Assembly (NCBI GenBank): GCA_021513715.1 | Contig: CP084167.1 | Coordinates: 576,001-640,000, forward strand | Source: Candidatus Heimdallarchaeum endolithica | Lineage (GTDB): Archaea > Asgardarchaeota > Heimdallarchaeia > Heimdallarchaeales > Heimdallarchaeaceae | Direction: 5' to 3' | Length of the DNA stretch: 64,000 bases | Part shown: positions 10,901-19,460 of the stretch, one piece after another | How positions within the stretch are numbered: position 1 is the first letter of the stretch | How the letters are laid out: every line of letters begins with the position of its first letter | Notes under the pieces: model-generated | Databases searched by the model: none | What the model was told of the DNA's origin: nothing | Seen by the model: only the letters and a program-made list of their open reading frames with translations | Made by a program: the position numbers and the translations under genes

Positions 10901-11329
10901 AATCAAACAGAAGAAGAATTAGCTACACAAATAACAGCAGCAGTAGATGAATCAAAAGCAGTTGTAGATGTATTTACTTGGGAAATAGAAGCAAAAGACG
11001 ATTATGGTCTAAATCAAATTTCTATATCTATTGATGATAACCTAACAGCAATGGAAGGAGCAGATGCTGGACCAGATACTTGGAGTACTTGGACATATGA
11101 ATGGGATAGCACACAAGTTAAAGACGGGGCTCACTACGCTGTAATAACTATTTCAGATATTGATACCAATCAACACACAGTAAAAATCGTCATAGGTTTT
11201 ACAACAAATAATGGAAATATAGGAGAAAAGAAAACTTTTGGAATTGATGGATACACATACTTCTGGGCTATTTTAGCAATATTACCTATCTCTATAATTA
11301 AAAATCTAAAAAGAAGAAGAAAACAATAA
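7919..11329 (+). CDS. Large acidic cell-surface protein with C-terminal Ig-like repeats and a membrane anchor
   Basis: N-terminal signal peptide; three or four Big/Ig-like repeats (P.DG.TV.G.I.I.A.V.DD.G); C-terminal hydrophobic helix followed by KRRRKQ. Confidence 0.7.
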   Translation: MKKKIFFIVSTLVIMLLFSSSTFALVKPNSKRNNITITNVEEFNLEDKQAITGGYKEFCYGWIGTDGWVNSYIGFEGIGLVVGDLDFSTIPQMYLENLDWVSLSTHYSGNPFDLNTNLDIDFRGLSFEDAQNAANLVKEIIQQFLIVELEFEGSYSHDEWRGEWVEILSFRYSGHADWSNIKELYEGSIPTEKGGIAATIDISEANELRFEGWYNSYEQEIVGRIGFSFGFQKTTLVGGHSISLKEIFHIDKFEASSEATDPLNIYVELPDVENVALSPWYNDTQLMMYLQYHPNIEEPWNKDSTYSIIINLSSGKYISDFIISFDYIFVPWDLRIREEAGYFIDPRGYDNRYIGYQGDYASLSIDTFDKSILENVFNIDLWYYVNAYSVAEYANIVIDLRYTGPGPHNNDTIINYFESILGYTFTFDGVITEYSWDDFQQQDVEITRYTSHIDNFPKTDFDNILANSIAYKHSSMINSSNILPDITRFHWKIDYLSAFDDYRQEISFLDYALDEYDESPTKAYTETSVPNTYTIDLLNKFGWTTFPYSSESNEMKIEFMSPVTNLDTIVFDPDKGNGWGYDSWFWIDWRNNYQYIYYNFNWFTETPYTTDNDGNKIDPVTALSITFENQFEPDTVDIEPPNINGLLYYPHPDEWDWDIWSYSYSGVSLFGVDVDDNGWLYYYDTSVGYMVPRFPGSGIANVDGKLYYNALPTEFSGVTQNVSFTWNSTANLYTSYIDFSNGEFADGEWGFEVHSNDSYGNDAWMYETINVDNYDDEEYVNPASVVWTSTTPEDGATVSGEITIEAEISDDVGVFLAVIWANFGGWLFEDPDEDGVYSKTIDTTYYVDGPLEIIIEVWDMEGHHTVVSRTFTIDNVPSGDPPSITFIYPTDGETVTGTIVIQAEVLDDIGLRSVTFSVDDRTPMAMYYNDETGYYEVSYNTNQLSNGMHIFYVTAVDQDENVHTVTVSVEVEVSGSTGTGEGNPPEYNLVNVPVNQTEEELATQITAAVDESKAVVDVFTWEIEAKDDYGLNQISISIDDNLTAMEGADAGPDTWSTWTYEWDSTQVKDGAHYAVITISDIDTNQHTVKIVIGFTTNNGNIGEKKTFGIDGYTYFWAILAILPISIIKNLKRRRKQ

Positions 11330-11385
11330 ATTTACTTCTTTTTATCTTTTTTTATTATTTTTTTATCTTTTTGAAAAAGACTAAT

Positions 11386-12624
11386 TTACAAAAAATCTTC
11401 TAATTTCTTCTGCTTCTTCTTCAATTCATAAATTTTAGATTTATTTTTATAATATTCAATTGAATAAGCTAAAACCTTAGGGATAAAAGAAAAAGCAGAA
11501 TCTAAAGTATCAGCCTTCAATATCTGATTTTGCATCGCTTGTCTTGCTCCTTGCCTTACAACCCATACACCCAAAGGTAACTTGTAATTCTGGTCAATTT
11601 CTCTAATTGCTATTACTTGGGCTTGTCTCCTTATTCTTCTGAGATGTTCAGTAACAGCTAATCTTGTTGCATAATATCCTCCAGCAACATTATTAGCATA
11701 TGTTTTCCTTCCATTGTATAACTCATAATCTGAAATACCTACATCTTTTGTACTTGGATTTAAATAAGCACCTTTGTACCAGACCTCAATTGCTTCAAAG
11801 CTCCAAAAATCAGGTATTAAAACAATGTAAAATTTGTTACCATAAAAGTAACTGGTAAAAACTTGAAATTCATTGATTGTTTGAAATTTTTTTATTTCTT
11901 CAATATATGATTTACTTAAAGTATCATCTACTGCAGTAATGCTCCAACGAGTAGGAACAAGTTTTCTTTTTTTTCTTAACCCCAACATCCCAGCTGACAA
12001 CACTCTGATCAAATTAGAAACAGAAATATTTTCTTTTCCTAAAATGGTAATAGCTTCTGAAGCTTTTAAATCAGTATCATAATAGGCTTTCTCTATTGGT
12101 TTTAAAGGAGTTTGATTTTCTGTCACATCCAATTTTCTAATAGGGGCAACTGGACCATGAGGAGCTAATCTAGGATCAATAGTTACTCTGGGAATAATAC
12201 TTCTTTCAAGTTCAATTTCAACATTAATTGGTTTTATTCCCAAAAGCATCTCGTGACTTTTTTGCATTATTCTGGATTCAAGAGGTTTTTTTGCATCAAT
12301 TTGTGCTTTTGTCCTAATCATCGACAATCTCATCATTATAATTTCTTCTTGGGTTTTATTATCCCACAAATCACTATCATCAACTATACTAGAGGGCTCT
12401 TTTAATGGAGTTAAAACCGGACCAGCATTTATTTCAGGATAATTATATCTTCCAACAAAAAAAGCAGGAGGAGCATAGACATCATCAATTCTATCGATTT
12501 TTTTTACTTGAACACTCATCTCATCCATCCACTTTTTTAATAGTGGACAAGGTGAAAAACCACATAAATTTCTTGAAGTTTTGCAGACTACGCATAACTT
12601 AAAGTCGATTTCCTGCTTTTTCAT
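11386..12624 (-). CDS. nreA: Nre family archaeal DNA repair protein
   Basis: N-terminal CxxC..LCG..CP, LVPTRWSITAVD, GGYYA, PLGVWVVR, C-terminal PIP box QKKLEDFL. Confidence 0.9.
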   Translation of the reverse strand: MKKQEIDFKLCVVCKTSRNLCGFSPCPLLKKWMDEMSVQVKKIDRIDDVYAPPAFFVGRYNYPEINAGPVLTPLKEPSSIVDDSDLWDNKTQEEIIMMRLSMIRTKAQIDAKKPLESRIMQKSHEMLLGIKPINVEIELERSIIPRVTIDPRLAPHGPVAPIRKLDVTENQTPLKPIEKAYYDTDLKASEAITILGKENISVSNLIRVLSAGMLGLRKKRKLVPTRWSITAVDDTLSKSYIEEIKKFQTINEFQVFTSYFYGNKFYIVLIPDFWSFEAIEVWYKGAYLNPSTKDVGISDYELYNGRKTYANNVAGGYYATRLAVTEHLRRIRRQAQVIAIREIDQNYKLPLGVWVVRQGARQAMQNQILKADTLDSAFSFIPKVLAYSIEYYKNKSKIYELKKKQKKLEDFL

Positions 12625-12769
12625 TGTATTAAGATACTTTTTTCAATTTTTAAACATTAACAATAATAATCTAGCATTTTATATATATAATAAAAAGAAC
12701 TATTAACTATATATGTTAGAAATTTTCATAAAATTAATAAATGTGAAAAAAAATAACATATTGATTACA

Positions 12770-13231
12770 ATGAAAATTAATTTAATTTCAAAGAAAAAAA
12801 GTTTGATATTTGGGGTTCTATTGGTTTTAGCAATATCCCTTTCATGGGGAGTGAGAGCAGATAGTAGCATGAATCTTTCAATAACAACAGCAAATTACTG
12901 TGACATAGATGGAGATGGATTTGAAGATGATATTTATGCTGAAGCAGTAGTCAAAGCTGATAACGGTTTCAAGTTCTATTATATGGAATATTCCCTTATT
13001 TATCCATCAGGAAATGTATATTCAGATGAACATACTTACTACACTTTTGATAGTGAAACAACATTTGTTTTTAGCTTAACTAATGCAGCCACAGAATCTG
13101 GTTGGTACACTTTAGAAATAACTCTCTATGTTATAAATGGTGGAGGAATTACAATCCTTTACGATAGCTTAGAATTTGATCCCCCTGGTGGAAGTGGAGA
13201 TGAACCAATAGGTGGAGGAGTATCTCCTTAA
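12770..13231 (+). CDS. Small secreted acidic protein with a DxDGDG motif
   Basis: Signal peptide after ATG 12770; DIDGDGFEDD; Pro/Gly-rich tail. Confidence 0.6.
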   Translation: MKINLISKKKSLIFGVLLVLAISLSWGVRADSSMNLSITTANYCDIDGDGFEDDIYAEAVVKADNGFKFYYMEYSLIYPSGNVYSDEHTYYTFDSETTFVFSLTNAATESGWYTLEITLYVINGGGITILYDSLEFDPPGGSGDEPIGGGVSP

Positions 13232-13266
13232 ATCAAGATGAAAAAATAAAAAAAAAAGGTAACTAG

Positions 13267-13394
13267 AACTCCTTAGGAATTTTATTCCGTCGCTCTCCCC
13301 CTAAGGAGTTTTATCTTTTATTTCTTTCTGATTCTTAGCCTTTTAAACTATTTATCAATAGCTCTCTTGTACTTATTTAGTCAGAAAGAAATAA
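13267..13394. repeat. Two adjacent perfect inverted repeats (11-bp and 14-bp stems) in an intergenic region
   Basis: AACTCCTTAGG 13267-13277 / CCTAAGGAGTT 13300-13310; TTATTTCTTTCTGA 13318-13331 / TCAGAAAGAAATAA 13381-13394. Confidence 0.75.
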
Positions 13395-13420
13395 GGGGTA
13401 AAAATAGGAGGTGAATAAAA

Positions 13421-14647
13421 ATTTATAGAATACCATTATTACAAGTAAAAATAATTCATGCATTACAAGAGAATCCTTTAGCTTCTTATGAAGAGATAGC
13501 AAAAAAAGTTAAAATTCCTTTAAGTACATTATACAGGAAAATAAGGGCTCTAGAAGAAAAACAAATTATTAGAAAAACTCTTTCTTCTAAGATAGCAGAA
13601 AAGATAGGCTTAACTCGCTATACTTTCGAATTTAAGATCAACTCACTTGAACAATTTCAACTAATGCAACTAGCTTTCCATGAGCATCCATTTACTTATC
13701 ATTATAATAGATTCTACGGCAACCAATTTGGCTTTTATGCAAAATTCGACATTCCTGAAGGAGGAATAAAGTATTTTGAATTATTTTTAAAAGAATTAAT
13801 AAATAAAGAAATGTGTGAAAGTTATAATTTATATGCATCTACTGGTCATTGGGTAGACATTCAAGAGCCCATACCGAACACAAAATTGAATCCTAAAAAT
13901 TTCAACCTTGTTGAATTTTGGGGAAAAAGACAAGAAATGAAAGAAACAAATGGGAAAAAAATTGAGAAAATAAACATTAAAAAGTTACACCCTATTCAGC
14001 TTTTGATTCTCAGAGATATTAACAGAAATGCAAAACAGAAACAGAAAGATCTTCTAGAACTTTATAAAAAAGCTTTAGAAAATGAAAAGGTAAATTCACA
14101 AGAGACAAAAATCATTCCAGAAACATATAAAACATTTATCAAGGAGTTTTTTGAAGACAGAAGTCAAGAAGCTATAATTATGGACTTTAATCGTAAATAT
14201 AATTTTGTTTTTGAGAATTTAGTAACTAACTTCAGAATCAACTTTTCCAGAAACTACTTTGAAATATATCCGATGCAGGCATATGTTATTAAAGACATAA
14301 GTTCAGAAGAGAGTTTCCAAACATTGAATCTTTTCAAGAAATATAGGCCACCTTTTAGAGCTGGTGTTGATATCTTAAACAGAGGATTGTTCATTACTGT
14401 TACTCTTCCACCTTTCTATGCTTCAAGATTCTCATATTTAATCTACAGTTCTTACTCTGATTTCAAATTCTATAACATGGATTTTTTTGGAGAACATGGA
14501 GTTGCTTATCCTTTTTACGTTAATAACTTTGATCCAAGAAAGAATGAATGGAAAACTGATAAAAAGTGGATAGTAGAAGATGTTTTTTCAAGAATTGAAA
14601 GCAAATTAAACAACGGAAAATATGGTGAAAATAACAATCACCATTAA
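13421..14647 (+). CDS. Lrp/AsnC-like winged-helix transcriptional regulator; true start is upstream of the ORF-track start
   Basis: Frame stays open back to an in-frame TGA at 13412 and encodes IIHALQENPLASYEEIAKKVKIPLSTLYRKIRALEEKQII (HTH); AGGAGGTGA SD at 13406-13414 precedes in-frame ATA (13415) and ATT (13421). Confidence 0.7.
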   Translation: MYRIPLLQVKIIHALQENPLASYEEIAKKVKIPLSTLYRKIRALEEKQIIRKTLSSKIAEKIGLTRYTFEFKINSLEQFQLMQLAFHEHPFTYHYNRFYGNQFGFYAKFDIPEGGIKYFELFLKELINKEMCESYNLYASTGHWVDIQEPIPNTKLNPKNFNLVEFWGKRQEMKETNGKKIEKINIKKLHPIQLLILRDINRNAKQKQKDLLELYKKALENEKVNSQETKIIPETYKTFIKEFFEDRSQEAIIMDFNRKYNFVFENLVTNFRINFSRNYFEIYPMQAYVIKDISSEESFQTLNLFKKYRPPFRAGVDILNRGLFITVTLPPFYASRFSYLIYSSYSDFKFYNMDFFGEHGVAYPFYVNNFDPRKNEWKTDKKWIVEDVFSRIESKLNNGKYGENNNHH

Positions 14648-14784
14648 TTTTTTTCTAAGTTGAACTTAATAAATTTCAATTATTATTTACTATTTGTATG
14701 AAATTAACCTCTTAAGTAAATTTTAATAATATATAGTCTTTCCGAAATAGAATAGTTTTTGTATTCAAACGCTAATCATTATTT

Positions 14785-15903
14785 ATGGTGTCGAGTGAGT
14801 TAGAATTGTATGTTAAAATTGCACAAATAACTCTTATCTCTTTCATTTTAGCATACTTTATCTATAGAAGAATAAAAGATAAGATTACTGGTTTCAACTG
14901 GTTTATTTTCCTATTTATTTCTGCTTTAACACAAGGTATAGTTGAGATGATATTATATGGATTAACAAAAAATGGAATTATTTCAGAAAATTCTACATTA
15001 CAAGAAGTACATATTATTCCCTATGCTGTTGGATTATTTATCTTGTTTCTTTATTGTGAACTGATAATGAGAGAGAGACCAAATGAGATATTATTGAGTT
15101 TTATGACTTTACTACTTGGAGCATATTTAGCAACCTTTTCTCTCGAGTTAGTTTTTAACTTGAATCCTGATATCCTTCCTAAATATCGATTAAATCGATT
15201 AATTTTCAATATTTTCCAATTTTTTGTTTTATTGGAAGCTACTCTTATGTTTGCAATAGATGCTAAGAGAGTAGAATATAAGAAACTAAGAAGGATTTCA
15301 CTTGTTCTAGCTATTGCAATTGGGACATCAGCAATTTTTGCTTTCTTTAAAATATTGGAATATTGGGTTATACCCTTTTCTTTCTATGGAGCTATACCTT
15401 ATGGTATTTTGTTTGGTGTTTTAGCTCTAGAATTTATAGCCAACCCTTTCTTTGTATATTTATTACCTTCAAGAATAAACAAAGTAGTAGTTATTGATGA
15501 ATCAGGAGTTCTTTTATTTGCAGTAAGAGTAGGAAAAGAAGAGCCAAATATCGTTGAAGATACTCTTCTTTCAGGAACACTATCAGCAATGAAGTCAGTA
15601 ATTAAAGAAACAACAGGAACACAAACAGAACTCCAAAAAATAGAGTTCAGAGATAAATACATGATAGTTGCAGAAAATGAAGAAAAAACAATTTCTACAA
15701 TTATTATATGTGATAGAGATTCATTTATGTTACAAACAGCAGCCAAACAATTCATCAATGCTTTTACTAAAGAATTTAAGGAACATCTAGAGAAGTTTGA
15801 CGGGTCTATTGGCAAATTTAGAACTGCAACACATTTAGTAAGAAGAATCTTCCCTTTTGTTCCACCCAAAGAGATTGTAGAAGTAGAAGAAAAGGGAAAA
15901 TAA
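14785..15903 (+). CDS. Seven-TM protein fused to a C-terminal longin-like domain
   Basis: About 7 hydrophobic segments, then VVVIDESGVLLF...LLSGTLSAMKSVIKE...L..I.F.D...F..EF longin-like pattern. Confidence 0.65.
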   Translation: MVSSELELYVKIAQITLISFILAYFIYRRIKDKITGFNWFIFLFISALTQGIVEMILYGLTKNGIISENSTLQEVHIIPYAVGLFILFLYCELIMRERPNEILLSFMTLLLGAYLATFSLELVFNLNPDILPKYRLNRLIFNIFQFFVLLEATLMFAIDAKRVEYKKLRRISLVLAIAIGTSAIFAFFKILEYWVIPFSFYGAIPYGILFGVLALEFIANPFFVYLLPSRINKVVVIDESGVLLFAVRVGKEEPNIVEDTLLSGTLSAMKSVIKETTGTQTELQKIEFRDKYMIVAENEEKTISTIIICDRDSFMLQTAAKQFINAFTKEFKEHLEKFDGSIGKFRTATHLVRRIFPFVPPKEIVEVEEKGK

Positions 15904-16125
15904 AGTTAAAGATCAATATTTTTTTCTTTTTTAATTGACATTATTTTTTATTCTTTTATCAACTCTTAGAACTTTAATTTAAACCAAATTTAATTATTTT
16001 TAGAGAAAATCTACAGAAGAACATAAAAGCGAATTAAAAAAAAGAGCAGATCAAATTAACAAAAAGAGATAATAGTTCACTAGAAGTATCAAAGTTTTTA
16101 AATAACTTAGTTACTTTTTTCAATT

Positions 16126-17232
16126 ATGGATTTGAATTTTATTGTTTCACTAACTATTAGTATTTTCATGTTTATACTAGGAATTATTTTCATTGTGCAA
16201 TCAGTAATAAAGAAAAGAACAGCTTATGTCTTTACAGCATCCATGTTCATAGGAATGATTGCTTCTTTAATAGAAGTTTTTAGAACAAGTATGTTACCTA
16301 ACTTAGATTTTAATTCAAGTGTCTTACTTGTGACTCATTTGTCTTTCTGGTGCTTAATGTATCTCCTTTCATTAATATTCTTCATTCAGTTGGAGAGAGA
16401 AAAGATTCTATCCTATGTTCTTCTAATAGTTATTATCATCTATGTTTTACACATTACATTTGGAATTTTCTGGATTTACTCTGATTCTTTTCCAGATCAA
16501 GCACAGAAAATAATAAACAGGTTTTGGGACTTAACCTATGCTCTCATGGGAATATTGACTTTTACTTACGGTGCTTATATCCATTTTAAAACTGGAATAA
16601 AGGCACATGAAAAAGAAGGTTATTTACTAGGTAGCGCACTTATCTTGATTAGCATTGGTTTTTTACTTGGTTTCATTAAAGACTTAGGTATAAATGTTGA
16701 CATTCAAAACATTCCTGTAGGCGAAGTGTTAAAATTAATAGGTATTTTTACTTTTATTATCTTCTATATTGTAAAACCAGATTACATCTTCAGATTACCT
16801 TTCCAAATTACCTCTGTTCTTGTATTTAATAGACTTGGGATGTTAATTTATTCTGCACAATATTTTACAGAAGAGAGTAAAGAAAAATTAGATCCTGATG
16901 ACACTTCAATGGATCTTATTACTGCAGCAGTAAACGCTTTCTCAACCTTTATGAAAGAAACAACAGGAAGTGAAGAACCCCTAAAAAGAGTGAAAACAGG
17001 AGATAAACTTTTACTTGTAGAACAAGGAGAAAAATGCTCTATAGCTATAATTTCTACTTCTTCTAGTTATTTCATGGTACAAAGTATGAGAAAAGTAATC
17101 AAAGAACTAGAAAAGAAATATGCAAAAGAACTAGAACTCGATTACACAGACTCTACATTCTTTAACGAAGTACCAAAACTCATTTCTTACTCATTTCCAT
17201 TTTTAGGAATACCAAAAAAAGAATTGTATTAA
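16126..17232 (+). CDS. Seven-TM protein fused to a C-terminal longin-like domain
   Basis: About 7 TM segments, then VLVFNRLGMLIY...LITAAVNAFSTFMKETTG...LKRVKTGDKLLLVE. Confidence 0.62.
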   Translation: MDLNFIVSLTISIFMFILGIIFIVQSVIKKRTAYVFTASMFIGMIASLIEVFRTSMLPNLDFNSSVLLVTHLSFWCLMYLLSLIFFIQLEREKILSYVLLIVIIIYVLHITFGIFWIYSDSFPDQAQKIINRFWDLTYALMGILTFTYGAYIHFKTGIKAHEKEGYLLGSALILISIGFLLGFIKDLGINVDIQNIPVGEVLKLIGIFTFIIFYIVKPDYIFRLPFQITSVLVFNRLGMLIYSAQYFTEESKEKLDPDDTSMDLITAAVNAFSTFMKETTGSEEPLKRVKTGDKLLLVEQGEKCSIAIISTSSSYFMVQSMRKVIKELEKKYAKELELDYTDSTFFNEVPKLISYSFPFLGIPKKELY

Positions 17233-17246
17233 AAAATCTTTTTTTT

Positions 17247-18368
17247 CTATTCTTCTTCTTTTTCAAAAGGAAAGACATAATTTAGTTTAAGATCATCGCG
17301 TAAAAAGATTAAGTCTCTAGCAATACTATCATTAATAGGCACACCATTCTCTCTTACTCTCTTTTCAGCTTCGTATTCTTTCTCTCCAGCAGTATAAATT
17401 CTTGATTCACCAGGAGCTTTTTTAGAGTTCCTGAGCTCTCTACATATTGAACCAGAAATCTTTTTGAAAATATTTACATCAATAAAATGTTCTACGTTTA
17501 TCGCTATAAAGAAATGACCAATCATAAAGTGTCTAAAAGAACCATCTTCGTTCAACCCACTTAAATCCTTTAGGAATTTTCCATTCTGTAAAGCTGAAGA
17601 CAATATTTCTACAACAGTAGAATAACCATACCCTTTATGTCCTGATAATTCTTCTCCCTTTCCTCCAAGAGGTAAAAGTGCAGCCTTTCCTTCCACAAAA
17701 TCAGAGATGAGCTGCTCAGCATCAGTTCTATACTCTCCAGTTTCAGTGTCTATTACACAACCTAAAGGAAGATCTTTATTTTCTCTAGCATAAACTTCAA
17801 CTTTTCCTCTTTGAATAATAGATGTAGCACAATCCAAAACAAAAGGAAAAGCTTCATCAGTAGGTATACCAAAAGTCAAAGGATTAGTGCCTAACATAGG
17901 CTCAACACCAAAAGTAGGTGCAATAGCAGGACGAGCATTTGTACCAGTAATCCCTATACAGTTCTCTTTTACAGCCATAAGAGCATAATATCCAGCAATA
18001 CCATAGTGGGTTCCATTCCTAACGACAACCATACCAATACCAAACTTTTTAGCTTTAGAAATAGCAAGCTCCATTGCCTTAAAAGCTGTATAATGACCAT
18101 TCCCATGATGTCCATCAATAACAGCAACAGCATCTTTATCCTTTACAACCTCAAATTTGCTAATAAGATGTTGCTTTCTCATAATCCTATAATAATAATA
18201 CTTCAGACGCTGTACTCCATGACTTGTTATCCCACGAAGATCAGACTCAATTAAAACAGCAGCACTAATTTTAGCTTCCTCAACAGGATAACCTAAAGAA
18301 ACAAAAACATCTCTAATAAAGTCATTTAATAATTCAACTGAAACAAATTTCTGATATGTATTACTCAT
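17247..18368 (-). CDS. Ldh_2 family oxidoreductase (type 2 malate/L-lactate/sulfolactate dehydrogenase)
   Basis: DLRGITSHG, THYGIAG, GTNP, DCATS, GHKGYG, YTAGEKE. Confidence 0.88.
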   Translation of the reverse strand: MSNTYQKFVSVELLNDFIRDVFVSLGYPVEEAKISAAVLIESDLRGITSHGVQRLKYYYYRIMRKQHLISKFEVVKDKDAVAVIDGHHGNGHYTAFKAMELAISKAKKFGIGMVVVRNGTHYGIAGYYALMAVKENCIGITGTNARPAIAPTFGVEPMLGTNPLTFGIPTDEAFPFVLDCATSIIQRGKVEVYARENKDLPLGCVIDTETGEYRTDAEQLISDFVEGKAALLPLGGKGEELSGHKGYGYSTVVEILSSALQNGKFLKDLSGLNEDGSFRHFMIGHFFIAINVEHFIDVNIFKKISGSICRELRNSKKAPGESRIYTAGEKEYEAEKRVRENGVPINDSIARDLIFLRDDLKLNYVFPFEKEEE

Positions 18369-18802
18369 CTTATGGGTATTGAAAAAAAGAAGAATATAAA
18401 TATTAACCTAAAGATAAATTATAATTTTGAAACATTATAAAAACAAGAAATTAAAAAGCTATAACTCTAAGAATAAGTAAAATATAATTTTCAAAAAATA
18501 TCGAATATGAAACAATTAATATTAAATCTAAAACAATTAAACATAGTTTTACCATTTTTCGCTAATTTTCGCTATTTTTTGCAACTAAGAGACAAAATGA
18601 TTAAAAGCATAATTCAAAAAACGAATAATGTCAGTATCTTAAGGTCTAAAACTATTTTTCACATTATTCGCTAATTCTTCAAAAAGCTATTCAAAAAATT
18701 AGAAAACCAATTTAAAATTCTATTCTTATTTTTAAAAAATTTAAAACTACTATTCCTTTTATATATTTTTTATTCTAGTTTGATTTTTTTCTGATAAATA
18801 GA

Positions 18803-19366
18803 CTATCCCTTTTTCATTTCTAATTGGTTTACCAACCATGTAAACGCTTCATTTACTCCAGTTCCGTTTATTGCGCTACAATCAAAAACTGCAAAAGTTC
18901 TATCTTTCATTTCTAAATGAAGTCCTAAAAGTTGAATTAACATTGGTGCTTGAATGGATTCTGGTAAATCTTGTTTATTTGCTATTATTAGGCAAGGTAT
19001 TTTTTCTAGGTACGGGTTGTTAAACACATGTATTTTTAATATGTCTCTTGCTTCTGGCAATCGTTCTATATCTGCTGAATCTATTACAAAGATTACTGCT
19101 GAACTCCCTGGGTAGTGTACCTCCCATAGAAAACGGAATTGTTTTTGTCCTGCTACATCTACTATTGTTATATTCCAATCTGCAAAATTAACTGTATCTA
19201 TATTTTGCCCTATTGTTGGTACAGTATCTTTGAACACACCTGTGTTCACATATTTCATTAATGTTGTTTTTCCCGCTGAATCTAAGCCTAAAACGATGAT
19301 TTTAGCCTTTTTTTCTGATTTAAGTTTTTTCCTTAACCAATAAGAAAACGATAGTTTTGAGCTCAT
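18803..19366 (-). CDS. Arf-family small GTPase
   Basis: GLDSAGKTT, PTIG, DVAGQ, FVIDSAD, ANKQD, CSA; N-terminal amphipathic helix without Gly2. Confidence 0.9.
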   Translation of the reverse strand: MSSKLSFSYWLRKKLKSEKKAKIIVLGLDSAGKTTLMKYVNTGVFKDTVPTIGQNIDTVNFADWNITIVDVAGQKQFRFLWEVHYPGSSAVIFVIDSADIERLPEARDILKIHVFNNPYLEKIPCLIIANKQDLPESIQAPMLIQLLGLHLEMKDRTFAVFDCSAINGTGVNEAFTWLVNQLEMKKG

Positions 19367-19460
19367 TGTATATTATTTCTTAATTCTAATTACTCCTTAA
19401 TAAAAATTGTCTAAGTTCGTAAACAATAATAATTAAAAAAAATGAAAAATTAAAGAAGAA

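Noticed and set aside
15399-15869. 156-aa antisense ORF and other short ORFs nested in long genes
   Set aside because: They fully overlap better-supported genes on another strand or frame and have no recognisable motifs.
16126-16800. Rhodopsin, because of the Lys in helix 7 (GEVLK)
   Set aside because: Spacing does not fit DxxxK, there is no RYxxW-type helix 3 motif, and the two paralogs lack the Lys.
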